The notes under the pieces: generated by a model
Database searches by the model: none
Told to the model about the DNA's origin: nothing
The model's input: only the letters and a program-made list of their open reading frames with translations
In this document: one piece after another, positions 51,357 through 64,000 of the stretch
Numbering within the stretch: the stretch's first letter is position 1
Layout: each line of letters starts with the position of its first letter
DNA from: Euprymna scolopes
Lineage: Eukaryota
Reading direction: 5' to 3' (one strand)
Assembly: GCA_053919585.1 (NCBI GenBank)
Contig: CM132806.1
DNA length: 64,000 nt
Translations under genes and position numbers: made by a program

Positions 51357-53345
51357 GTGTGTGCCATCGAAATAGTATACTCTATTAGGAGCCTCAGTGT
51401 GTGACCTAAGAAATCGATTCTAACAAGTACTGATACCAGTTAAACTAAATAAAATCTGGCAATTGAGAAAAGTATACGTTACAACTAGATCAATGTCACA
51501 ACTTGAATAGGAAATATTTACTTTTCAACTGTATATAGCAGATAATGCATTTTTGGATTATAATCTATTCTGATTTTTAAAGAATTCTTTGAATGTAAAA
51601 TATTTCAGTTCTATGGAAAAATGTATGGAAATACACAGAAGTGAATATACATTTTATATATAAATAATTAGGTTATAAATTTAATTCTTTATAATGAAAG
51701 AAATTGCTGTTTTCCTCTTCAACCCATCCGAGATAAAAAAAAAAAAAAAATGTATCCAGAAATTTGAATTTAATATCACTTCTGTGGCCTTTAAGATACA
51801 GAATATATATATCCAAACTTTTTTGTTTCACAAAATTATACAGAGGAAAAGGAACTAGATAAATGAAATGTACTTAATTAATCAGGTGTTAACCGAGTAT
51901 GATTGTCTATCTATAGCATTTAAAAAGACTATAATTAATTTTGTTTATAACAATAGAATCAATAGAAAATTGGCTCTTTATATGCGTATCCACATTAAGT
52001 AGCCTTCAAAGGGTTGATATGCCATAGAAACAAGATAATTGACAATACAGACTTATTATCGAATCCATATAATATAAATATTTTATGATTAGAAATAACT
52101 CATTCAAGATAAAATATCCCGATGACTGCTACAATCCTGGGAGGTAGACAAGATGCATGTCCCCTCTTCTATCTCTTCTACATCAAGGGTATCTAATAAA
52201 CGTAGTAAATGCAAATAGAAAACAAAATGAAAACAGTTTAATATCAATCGATAAACAAACATAGAATAAGCATAGAAAGAATATATGTTAACAATAAACT
52301 TTTGAAGTTGAATGTAGATACAGTTTATGTAAGGTTACTATAGGTACACTTGATAGGCTTGAGCTTCAGACTCAGATACAACCTCATCAATTAGGGTAGA
52401 GATCTGATTAGTTCATTTAATCATGTGACATAGAAAGGATTTGAGGCGAGATATCAGTTACAATCGAAAAGTTAATGAACAAACATAATACTATAATATT
52501 CCTGCTAGGTAAGGTTTTTTAAGGAGAAAGGGATCCATCTATAATTAACATTAATAAAATATATTTTAAGTAAAATTATTGTTGTTTTCCTCAACCCATC
52601 CAAGATAAAAAGTATCCAGCTTTAACCAAGAACAGCCAATGAGATACTCCCTTCCCACATGAAGGTCATATATAAAAAGAAAGATACTAAACACAAAATA
52701 GAAAACAAAATGAAAACGGTTTAATATCAATTAAAAAAAAAAAAAGACAAAGCATAGAATAAGCATAGAAATGTTACAAAAGAAAAATGTTAAAATAGTA
52801 TAGATGACGTACACAGCTTTAATGACTATGAGGAGATTAGTCCTGTATTTAATTGTTCACTTCTTGTAATTAACTGACTATTTGATTTTTGGAACTAGTT
52901 TATGTCAACATTTTATTAATATATTTAAAACATAAAAAATGTGATATTCATTTATAAAAATTAAACAGACCTTTGTCTACAGTTTTTCAATTTTTTTATG
53001 CATAAATTTTCTTTTTTGTTGTTGTTGTTGTTGTTGTTGTTGTTCAAGAAATTCCTTATCATTTCACAAAAATATAACACTAAAATGAAACACCAAGAAT
53101 TTAAATTCACTTTCTTTTGATATTAATGTTCATAAAATTGCAAAATTTATTCACTTTTTCTTATTTCAATAAATGTAAGTACTAGGTGCTTCAAAAATCT
53201 TTTGTTCCCATATGGAATTTATAGGCAGTTCATATCTATACAGATCAGAAGCATCTACACTGGGATTTCTGAAATTCCCAACGGAAGAACAGCTAAAATA
53301 AAGAGGTACACCTTACAAAATTCAGTTTTCAATCAACAAAATATA

Positions 53346-53487
53346 NNNNNNNNNNNNNNNNNNNNNNNNNNNNNNNNNNNNNNNNNNNNNNNNNNNNNNN
53401 NNNNNNNNNNNNNNNNNNNNNNNNNNNNNNNNNNNNNNNNNNNNNNNNNNNNNNNNNNNNNNNNNNNNNNNNNNNNNNNNNNNNNNN
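53346..53487. other. Assembly gap
   Basis: N run. Confidence 1.
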
Positions 53488-55655
53488 AATAAAATGCAAT
53501 GCTTAACCATGCATCATTTTCTATGTGCGTATATAATGTACAAATAGAATGAAATTAATACAGAGCATCACATAGCACGAATAAAAAAATAGACTTTTTG
53601 ATATTTTTTATTTGACCCCTAAATTTTCTGAGAATGCAATAATTTTTGGTTTGTGTTATGCGAATTCCTGTTGCTATGGTGACAGCATATTTTCTATAGC
53701 CATTAAATAAGATGGGCTTTACTCTTTTCAGACAGATTTGCAGAGACTTGCCAATTTGAAGATCATGTAAATTAGATGGCAGTCTTCTTCAGTGAGTTGA
53801 AGAAAGCTTACCTAACTTCATTAGCAGGTTGTGTGGGGATGTTAAATTGAATCAGTATCTTTCCATTGGCAATTCTCCAAAGCTCCATTGTATTTCCATA
53901 AAAATTCTAGTCTTAAAATGACCACATGTAAATGTGTGTGCATGTATGTGTGTGCATGCGTAGCTTAATATTGTAGGACAAGTGCAGAGAATGTCATTTC
54001 CATGCCTGCCATGTCTACCTATAATCTGCAGTTCTCAAGAGGTAAGCTCAATGAAAGGGGTGTGGGGGGGGGGAGTAAATCGAAAATTAATTTAAATCTG
54101 TTGTTTTTTTCTTTTTGAAAAAAAAATTTAAATTAAAAAGGAAAAAAAGCTCAGCTGGTTTTATAGTGCCGGTGACATATGTTGCATTTGCCAAATATAC
54201 TTGTAATACTTAGCTGTACAAGTGAAAGGTGTGAAAAGGGGATCAAATTGACATAGACCTAGATAATCATTTCAGGTAAAACGGCAGTATCGACTCTAAA
54301 CTCTTCAGTAGGAGATCTGAACTAGGGAAGAAGACAAAAAAAAAAGAAGAGGGTGAACGACCAGTCTACATTTTGCAGGTTGATAATTAACACATTTGCT
54401 TGTGTAACTCGAATACAATATAACCCTTGTTTCTGAAGCTAAACAGAAAACGGAAATGAATTACATCTTTGCCCAATATTAAATAAGCATCCATTCTTAT
54501 GGAAATCTATTTTGTAAAAGTGTGACATATTATTCATTAAAATCTTTATACAAATATTTTACCACAATATTTAATTTTTCAAAATATTATGAACATAAAC
54601 CAGATGTTTAATCTGTGTTTCTTTTCTTAATTTTAGTATAAAGACTAATTTTCAGAATTAGCAGAGAGAAAAATGATAAACTTTTTTTATTCAAATGCAT
54701 TACCATTTATCAAGGCTAAAAATCTACTTAAGATGGCTAGATTGACAGCTGAATCATGAATGCTAAGAAAAGATTTAAACTATGCACACACAAGCCACTC
54801 AAAACAGCAGACATAGAAAACTGCAATTCTCCCTCATCCTTTGTCAAAAACATTTCATATGGAATGCAAGGATTAATGGCCAAAATAGGGGATGAGGGCG
54901 AAAGTTAGCAGGCTCACCAAAAATAAATCCATTGCATCAATAGATTTGAAGGTGTCAATTATACTTTTCGGTTTGGTATTACTTTATTATATTTTTCCAT
55001 ATTAATAAACTATGAAAAAAATCAAAAAAATCTTTCATTTTAAAGAGAGAAAAACGAACATGTAAAAATTTTGTGAGCAAGTTTCAAAAAAGAGTATTTT
55101 TTTTTTATGTGAAAAACACTTTTCTGACGATATCCACTTTTTGACTTGTTCAAAAAATATTTTCTTAAAAACAGAAAAAAATCTTTATCAAAATTCATTG
55201 TTATGCTCATTGAATTTATTTGTAATCTTGCTGTTCACAAATAACAGTTCATTTAAGTTAATATTTCTGAAAATTATGACTCCACATTTTCGTTCAAAGA
55301 AATACAATAAAATCCTTGTATCTAATTAAATAATAGCTCATTATATATAGTCATAATTTCTTTTTTCTGTTGAACTTGTAAATGATTCGTTTATGAAACA
55401 AATCTTTACATTATCTTATATTCTTCTACCTATATAAAAACATTAGCTAACTATTTTATTAACCAGTTACAGTCTACTTATTATTTAACTTTTGAACATT
55501 TATCATAGAATGTGTTTTCACTTAGAATACACAAATTATATAGATATACACTTTATGCATATATCAGAAGGATAAGAATATTGTTTTTAATGTCGATTCA
55601 AATGTTTTCACAACATTATCATGAAAATGCACACACTTCTTAATATAGAATAATA

Positions 55656-56184
55656 CTAGCAGGCCGACCAGCATTGCCCGGTTATAAAATATGCTTAAAT
55701 ATGATATTTTGATTAATGTAGATTTCATATTTTTTATTATATTGAACCCAATATATAGTAATGATTTTAAAAGTTAAAAAAAAAAAAAAAATAACTCGTG
55801 CACCACCACCGAAAATTGAAACCAAAATGTTTAGCTTACGATTTACTTTTTCCTTTGATGTTAATGCCTGAGCTATGAAGACATGTTTGCTGCAAGGCTA
55901 AAAATTAAAACTTGAACCAATAGCTATTACGTTACACATGCATATTCGTAATGCCATCGTTCGACTTTCACTTGGCAAATTCCATTTTTTTTTTAAATTT
56001 TCACTTTTGCAACTATTTTCCCCAGTTAATACCCAAATATAAAGTTTCACATGGGTTCAAACACTCTCCATATAAGATTTCGTGTCTGTAGACCAAAAAC
56101 TGACAGAAGAGTTTGGTAGGCAAAATTTTTAAACAAATATATATATACGCATACACAAATATATACACAAATATATATAGGAGA
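55656..56184 (-). mobile_element. Non-autonomous Helitron-like element, apparently complete (529 bp)
   Basis: On the - strand it begins A|TCtcctatatata and ends ccgggcaatgctggtcggcctgCTAG|T. It sits between A and T with no TSD. Confidence 0.7.
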
Positions 56185-57374
56185 TTTGTGTTTACTGTAA
56201 TCTTTTTACACAAATATTACGCAAGTACAAATTATGTAGAATATCTGCATGAACATAATTACACGTAATAGTTAACGAAAGATTATCATCCCAGAAGAAA
56301 AACGAAAAAAAAAAAAAAAGGAAATTAATTAAAATGAATGTTTAAAAGAATATACAAATTAGCTAGATCTTTTGCAGACGAATGCAATTCCACGACCTAT
56401 CTATAACAAAGTTGTATTTTTTTTTAAATAAATAGAAAAAAGTATTTTTAATATGAATATTAAAAAACCCCAAATTCATAGGAGTATAGATTGCTGAACT
56501 CATAATAAATGTCTGTATTATATAATGAAAGAAAACAAATGTATAAGCACGAATGAAGGTTTTAATAATTTTCAGGGTTTTTTTTTTTAATGTATACTTT
56601 ATTTCCTAGTGTATTTCATAGTATCCCTCTTAAAACACTAAGAGAATTGATGCAAATAAACGTGATTTGTTTTTGCTGAAATTTTGAATGCAACTTAAAG
56701 ACAAAAGTGCAGATGAGGAGGTATTTCAGACATTTTCTGAAATAGTTACTCAGCTGAAAAAAAAACAAAAAAAAAAAAACTGAGGGACTTTGAATTTAAA
56801 AAAAATCATTTGGCAATGTTCGACTATATTTTGATTGCCCCCTCCTTCATCTTTTCTTCATTTTGAATATATTTGTTTTAGTTTTATAGTTCATATGGAG
56901 AAATATTTCAAACAGAAAAGATACTATACACAAGGATGTCATTTATTGAGAAACAGGTTCAAGTCATACTATGAATAATAGATGTAAACATTTGTAGAAA
57001 AAATCTAAAACATGTTTATTAAAACATATTTAATGATAATAAAACTTTGACAATACTTGTGAATATGTCCAACAATCAAATCCAAATTGATGAATAAACA
57101 AAATGTAGCCGTCACTAGAGAGATAGCATGAGAAAAAACTTTAAAGGTAAAAAGCATTTCAACTTGAACTAAAATGATTACCTTTTTATGTAAAATGTCT
57201 TTTTCATGCATTTGTGTTTAAGTGATACTACCTTTCTAATTTTTTATCATTAATAAAGGTTATAGAATGTTTGAAAAAAAAAAAATTCAAATAGGCAAAT
57301 AAATAGCAAACTTTGAAGACCAATATGAAGAGTCACTGAGTTGAGATGAGAGCCGAGTTCAGGTGAACTTTCTT

Positions 57375-57985
57375 CATTTTACTTTTATTTCATTTTACTT
57401 GGTGGGGGGGGGTAACCACTTATCAAGTTCAGAGGTCGCTCTAGGGTAAGGGTTAAGTGTAAGGTAAATGGTGAGCCAACATGATCAGATCATTAATGGT
57501 GAAACTTGGGTTAGCTATTTCATCATAGAGGATGGCTCAGCAGGAACTTATTCACATTTAATTTGAAGACAACCATGCTGTAATCAGCTGGAAGCAACCT
57601 CATGGGATTATATTCCACAGACGGACAGTTCTAGGAAAGAAACTCTGCTCATGGAATTTTCGTTTACTTTTAGGCATAAGAGAATGAGGGAAGTTGCTGA
57701 CAATTTTTGTAAGTAGATGAGTAGTTGTTGCAAATGTTTTACGGGGGGGGGGGGGGGCGTAGACTGGAGTTCAGTTGAGTAGCTAGCAGGAAAGTAATGG
57801 CAGAGTAGAGACAGACTCGCAACATCTCTTTTGTGAGATAGAAAAAGTAGGGAGACGAAAAGTTTTTCACACACTAAGTTTTGAAGATGGTTTTGCACTC
57901 TGTTAAAGCAAGAAAGGATATTCTTATAAGTTCCACCCCAGATATGGCAACAGTAGTTCATCTTAGGATGTATTTGACTCTTTCT
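57375..57985 (-). mobile_element. 3' fragment of the same LINE family as 29640-31113
   Basis: MNYCCHIWGG…LSCFNRVQN…LSHKRDVASLSLL and SFFPRTVRLWN. The 3' tail ccttaccctagagcgacctctgaacttgataagtggttacc resembles 31061-31099. Confidence 0.8.
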
Positions 57986-59134
57986 GTAGTCTGAATCATC
58001 TCAACCAACATCAGCTTGTCAAGTTTTTAAAATCAAACAATTCTTGTTCAAATGAAATTCACAAATATAACTACATACTAGTTATATTACTAAGAAGGAA
58101 GTTGGGCATGAACAGATTTCAAAGCAATCAAAAACATCAATCGCTATAACGAAAACTGTAAAAATAGAACTCAGCTATAGGTTTAGAACATTTTTGGTTT
58201 TGTGTAGTTAATTCATCATTGAGGAGGAGGGCTTAAAATGATTCAAACTTGGTCACATTTAGGTATTCTGCACAATTATATGTAATTTTAGTTAAACATT
58301 TTTTCCTAACCACATTATAAAAAAAGATTATATGCAACCTTAGTCACTTCAATTACAGAATACATGCTTTAACTAATACATACGGTGAGTCCAGAGTTTT
58401 TTTTTTTTTTTTTAAGGTTTCTTCAGATTGTGACATCAAATCTAAGGAATCATTTCTAACAAATTCTGTGCACCTAAGTTTAATAACTTAAAAGTCGTTA
58501 ACATATTCACATGTATTATTATAGATGTAAATTTATTTTCCAAAATTGTTCTTTTAATAAATTTAAATTAAAATGCATTCTAAATTTAAAACGGTTACAA
58601 ATATTTTTTCTAATTTATTTTTTACATGATTAAATTAATCAAATTATAAATAACATACATTTAAGAATAAATTGGATGAATTCAGAAATAAATGGTGATA
58701 GAATGAACTCCAGACATTTTTAGAGTTTATATGATGACATATTTAAGAAAATTTGTATATGTATATTCCTATTATATATTCGATGAAATTGCGTTTTTTT
58801 TTTACTTGCTTTTATTCCTAAGAAATTAAAATAGGATTATTGATTAAGAAGTATTATAAATAAAAAACACTATCATGTGCATAAGTTTTCTTTATAATCA
58901 AGAAGTGTGTAGAATGATATCTGCTTTGGATTGTGCAATGACTGGTTTTGGGTTGGACGACAACGTATACGGGACAGTGTAGAAAACGGTTTGTATTCAA
59001 CAAGTCATCAGGCACTGGAAAAAGAAAGAAATGTGTAGGGGGTGATCCATCATGAATTACATAAAGATGCTAAAATTAGTAGTGACAAGGCCTGTTGGTG
59101 GCTGCTCTGACTAGATTGCATGTTTTTAAGCACA

Positions 59135-59330
59135 CACCAAGTGGGGGCTGGTGCGAGAGAAAGAGAGAGATGAAGGTAAGAGTTGGAAGAAAGCACAGCT
59201 GCATGTAGTTAAAGTGGAAGGAAGGAAAAAGGAAGGAAACTGTGGCGATTCAGTGGGAGACGAATTGGGGGAAGTCAGGGAGGAGGAGGAGCACCTTGAA
59301 AGAGGATACCAAGGGGATTCCATCAAGAAA
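59135..59330 (+). mobile_element. Probable decayed RTE-type LINE 3' fragment
   Basis: KWGLVREK…KVEGRKKEGN…V..E resembles the RTE motif W.GHV.R…VEG.R.RGRP..W. Confidence 0.35.
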
Positions 59331-59904
59331 ACTGGGGCAAGGTTTTTGACAAATGAGAGAGGGAAATTGAATTGCATAAAATACCAAACACACTAGTGAT
59401 ATACAATGAAAAACTATAGAAAACAATTTAACAATGATCAATATGATTAAAGTGGAGTTTGTTTTAAGTTGATAATAGATTAACGAAAACAATCAATATG
59501 AAAACATAATACAGAGAGAAATGTTTTGTGTCCTGACAAAAACACAGTTCGTACATTTTTACGATAAAAAAAGGATAATAGACACAAATATTGAAGAAAA
59601 AAAAAATAGAAATTTAATCAAATAAAATGTCTTCTTTCAAAAATTAATTTTAATGGATCTATATCATTCAAATTCCTTCTGATAAATTATTTTAGATTAA
59701 ATTGTAAGAGCAAGCTTACAACATGTCTTATAAAAAGAATTACATTTTATAAACATTTAATGAAGAAAGGAATCCAGAACAATATTTAAGGATATGAACA
59801 CTTTTTAGCGACACATTTGAAAATTGCCTTTGTAAGCAGATACACTATAAGAGTTCTTATCTCGTATATAAGCCGATAAATGATCCTCTCTCTATATATA
59901 TATA

Positions 59905-59971
<67 letters not shown>

Positions 59972-62090
59972 CTGAACCGCTATCTTAACAACTTTTCAAA
60001 GAAATAACATCAAAATAATTTAAAGACCTTCTCACCTGAAATGTTCAAGTGATATCAAAGAGTTTTGTTCGAGAAATAACATCATGTAGTTCTTTTGTTT
60101 TTAGTTTATCATTATCTGTATTACTATCATCAGCAATAAATAAAACAAAATATTACTGTAAAAAATAGTTTACGGTTTTTCCTAAATAATTCATGAATAT
60201 TAAATTACTGATGCATGCATTTAATAGTTATTTACAAACAGAAAATTCAAATGACAAATATTGGCATCATTCTAAAAAAGGTGAAGAGCTGTGAACATGT
60301 GTACTGATGAAAAAATTATTTCTGGAAACAAATAATTTTCAAGTATAGGGTGTAAATAATGTAACTATTTTTCTTGAGAGGCCATGCTGGGAAGGAAGAG
60401 GTGAATAGCTATGGTTAAAATAAATACAAAAAAAAAAAAAAAAAGGAAAATAATTTTCCATCCACCTATCCATACATCAATTTGTCTAATTGCTTCATAC
60501 CTTTCCTAACGTAAATAAAATAATAAACGACAGAGAAACAACAAAAAATGGAGTAGCTATTTTATATCAAAGCATATTACCTATTATAAACAATTTGTTA
60601 TGATTAACTGAAAGTAAGTTACTATTTTATTTATAGTCGAGTGAGGAGAGCTCAAACCTTTTACAACAGTATTAGTGTAAAATTAAACACAGTAAACATT
60701 TGAACTTGGTCAGATCATTTTGTTGCATTATCAATTTCGTTTCTTTTTGTGCAGAAATAATGCCCATTAATTTTTATTTTTTGTCATTTGTAAATTCCAA
60801 TTAATAACACATTCTTTAATGGATGAAATATTTTCTATCTCAGTTTACATTGTTAATATATATAGATATTTAAAAAAAATCTATATAAATCCTGAATTCA
60901 ATATATAAAATTAATTCAATATATAAAATTAACTTTGTCAGATTCTCCAAAATATACCATGATAGCTTATGTTCAATAAAATCAATATTTCATTCTTAAT
61001 AGCCAGTGCACTACAGAAAATTTCCAATTGTGTTCTTTACAAAACATTTTAATTACAATCATTTTCATCGATTACATATTATATCCCAGTTAATACTACT
61101 TTCAGTAAATTATACTTCCCAAAATTCAACATCATTTTTCATTGGATAGTCAATGTTTGTTAACATTGAAAATTGCAAATGATGCCATAATATACTGAGT
61201 AAGTAATCACTATAATTTAATTAATACAGACATCAGATTTGTTTTATTTTCATTAACTTAAGTTTTTAAATCTGGTTTGTTAAATTAAAAACAATTCTTT
61301 TTATAACACTAGCAGATACATGAAAAGTATTAAGCAGTTAGTTCTATATCTATGTCGACATTTTCATACATTCACAGAATGACAATTTCATCCAAAATTC
61401 AATAAACAATTATAACAGATACTTTTTGATTTGATTTTATTCAAATGCTATGCATACCACATGTGTATTCATAAACACATAATCATGTGTTATTATGATT
61501 ACTTTTTACTACCATTAACCAAACCAAAACAAAAATCACTGAAAAAAAAAATCAAGTTGCAATTTATTCTTTTTCTTTCTTTTTTTCTCGGCATCAAATT
61601 CACCATGTATCAAAAATATAAATAGCACTTTATTTATTGTGATTGAGATTTATTTCAAATCTCATGCTAACCCAATAGAAAGCAATCACTTACTTTCTTT
61701 TATTTTTTTTAAATATATTTTATATAATTTAAGGCTAACGTTGCATTAACATTGACTGCATACCCAGCAGTCGATAAATTAACAAAATAATTTTATTACA
61801 ACATTAAATTCTATCATAATGCATTTCAGTTCATTCGTAAACAACTTGATTCAATTAATGGAAAGAGAAATTCATTTCATAAAATACAATTTTCATTTAT
61901 ATTTTTTTAGTTATTTTTTTAAAAGTAAAATTGTGAGGGTATGTGTTTATACTGAAAACCATAAACAGTAAATAAAACATACTTTCTTTTACTTATAACT
62001 TGAAAATTGATATTTATTGAAAGTGAAATAAATGACTAAAAATAGTAACATGAGATAGGACCAGGAGTTTGTTTTGGTTCCCTCATTTTT

Positions 62091-62122
62091 CCCAGGCAAC
62101 ACCAGAATACGAGTCTCACTAG
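62091..62122 (+). mobile_element. Helitron-like 3' terminus
   Basis: cccaggcaacaccagaatacgagtctcaCTAG|T, a CpG-decayed version of the 3' motif at 44285 and 55656. Confidence 0.5.
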
Positions 62123-62814
62123 TAATAAACAAAATAGAATATTTTGTTTATTAATGTTTAGAAAAATAGAATATTTTGTTTATTAATGTTTAAGAATTGA
62201 TAAACAAACCGTTTTGACACCCAGCCAAAAAAAAGATAATTTTCTGAAATAGATTAAAGCAAATAAATCAAATTATTAAACTAATATAAAAAGGCTCTTC
62301 AAAAAGAAAGAAAAAGCACTATCTAAATGAATATAAATAGATATTATAAACTCTAATCTAACGATGTAAAGAAAAATCTTTTCATATCTGGAATAGGGAA
62401 AGATAATTGAGAAAGAGAATTACAAGAATATTTTTTCTTTTTAATAAAGATTTTGAAGAAGGAACTTTTGCACCCACTTTGAAGCCAAATAGATTGATGG
62501 AATAACAAAGAGAATTAATGGAGTCTGCCGGAGATATATTTATCACAAATAATTGGCACATTTAAAAAGATAAGGGACAAGTAAAGAAATAAAAGCTAAA
62601 GAGTTTTTGATATTTTGAAAATGGCCTGTCTAGCAAGAAAAATAATGACTAAATAAAACAAATGATGCAAACACATGATTCTCAGAGAAGCGTGTGTGTG
62701 TGTGTATATATATTATATGTGAAACATGTTTTTTATTTTAATACAAAAAAGTTATAATTAAGCAAACGATTTATTTTTAATATTTGCTTAAAAATGCTAC
62801 AAATATGCACAAAC

Positions 62815-62858
<44 letters not shown>

Positions 62859-63699
62859 GTTAAATTATCACCAATAAATTTTGTCATAACTGTAATATAT
62901 TGCCTTAAACACAAATTGTAATGTCTAAAACAAAGTAAAATGAAAATAATGATAAATCATAAAATTAAAAAAAAATGTAATATTTGTGTTTAAAAACAAT
63001 AACATCTGATAATATTAAATAATCTATCAATAATGATGAAGAGAAACTTGCCATAGCAGCTGAGTGTAAGTGAGCTGGGGTGGGGTGGGGGTTGTGTGAC
63101 ACTAATCAACATTTATTGTGTCTAATTGAAATGCACTCATCTCATTGGCCTTTTTGAAGCAATCGGCAAGACTTTTTCAACAAAAACAATGAAAAATTAA
63201 CCCAGTTAGAAGATATCAGAATTTATTAAACAATATTAATTATTCCTGCTTACAAGTAGCACAAAACAAAGGACTTGAGTAGACCGTATTTATTGAGAAA
63301 CTGGATTTTAAATGTAGAAAAATAATGTGCATAATTAAATGTGATTAAAAAAAAACAGTAAATAGTTAGTATTCAATAAAATAGAAATGCATTTAAAGAC
63401 TTTATTCAGAATATAAGCTGATATGAATAGATTTAAAAAAAAAATCATACATAGAAAATAAATTAAAATATTTCAGAACTAAAATACATTGCTAAGGGAT
63501 GAAAGCAGTAAAAAAGTAAAACATGGTATATTTGACTTTATATAAAGATACATTTTAATAGTTAAAAAAATATTTTTTAGTTAGACTTTTTAGTCTTAAA
63601 ATCAGGCAAAAGTTATCGTCTGTTAACTTAGAATGAGTGTTTACGCCAAACTGATATTTGAATATGGTTAAATTTGTACTCAATTTTGGATCAAATACT

Positions 63700-63864
63700 A
63701 ATCCCTATTAATCTAATAGTGCATCAAACATGTACCATAATACTTAGTTCGCTGCACCTTGTCATGAAAAAGGTCCATACAAAATTTCAGACAGATCTGC
63801 TCAGTAGTTTCTGAGAAAAAAGTGGAATGGACAGACAGACTAACTAAGAGAAATAGAATATAGA
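63700..63864 (-). mobile_element. 5' portion of a Helitron-like element
   Basis: - strand a|TCtatattctat…(gtct)n. The internal aaatttcag…tcagtagtttctgaga block is typical of such elements. The left boundary is approximate. Confidence 0.5.
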
Positions 63865-63873
63865 TTAAAAATA

Positions 63874-63965
63874 AAATAGGTATTCCTGAACAGCTATTTA
63901 TACATGACGACTTTATTATTATAAAAAGTTGTCATGTGAAAATAGCTATTCAGACATACCTATTT
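63874..63965. repeat. 92-nt imperfect palindrome (41-bp arms, 10-nt loop)
   Basis: aaataggtattcctgaacagctatttatacatgacgacttt versus the reverse-complemented right arm aaataggtatgtctgaatagctattttcacatgacaacttt: 35/41 identical. Confidence 0.9.
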
Positions 63966-64000
63966 CATTCTTTGGATGTGTTCATGTGTGTCTAAAAACA

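Noticed and set aside
53812-53890. Coding first exon (MELWRIANGK…) ending at an AG|GTAAGC donor
   Set aside because: That frame ends in phase 2, which is incompatible with the phase-1 acceptor at 19662, and no homology was recognised.
59151-59396. 81-aa charged ORF as a host gene
   Set aside because: Purine-rich sequence better explained as an RTE LINE remnant, with no splice context.
63077-63091. G-quadruplex
   Set aside because: Only three G-runs.
1-64000. Autoregulation via poly-A tracts (ZNF384-family fingers bind (G/C)AAAAA)
   Set aside because: A-tracts are ubiquitous in DNA of this composition, and enrichment cannot be shown from this window alone.

Overview
AT-rich animal genomic DNA, heavy in microsatellites and with five N-gaps. 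It is probably a mollusc, possibly a coleoid cephalopod; this is inferred from the repeat content (a MetaSINE-type SINE, Hsmar1-like mariner, RTE and CR1-type LINEs, Helitron-like elements). Only one protein-coding gene is supported: a minus-strand six-C2H2 zinc-finger transcription factor of the Rotund/Squeeze/Dati/LIN-29 (ZNF362/ZNF384) family. Its two coding exons (19662-19478 and 11954-11004) are joined by a phase-0 intron that splits finger 1, and the protein ends in an EGR-R1-like NAB-binding motif. Downstream is a possible ~9 kb U-rich 3'UTR carrying two miR-34 8mer sites and an exact 31-bp duplicated element. The 44 kb upstream has no recognisable host coding exon. The non-coding DNA (intron plus upstream region) holds a near-full-length, CpG-decayed mariner, LINE/SINE/Helitron relics, Penelope-type hammerhead-like motifs, 53-bp and 54-bp minisatellites, a 335-bp foldback element, a 92-nt hairpin and several E-box-rich islands. 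I see no clearly new multi-gene system. The best leads are regulatory and RNA-level, and all need computation or data to confirm.
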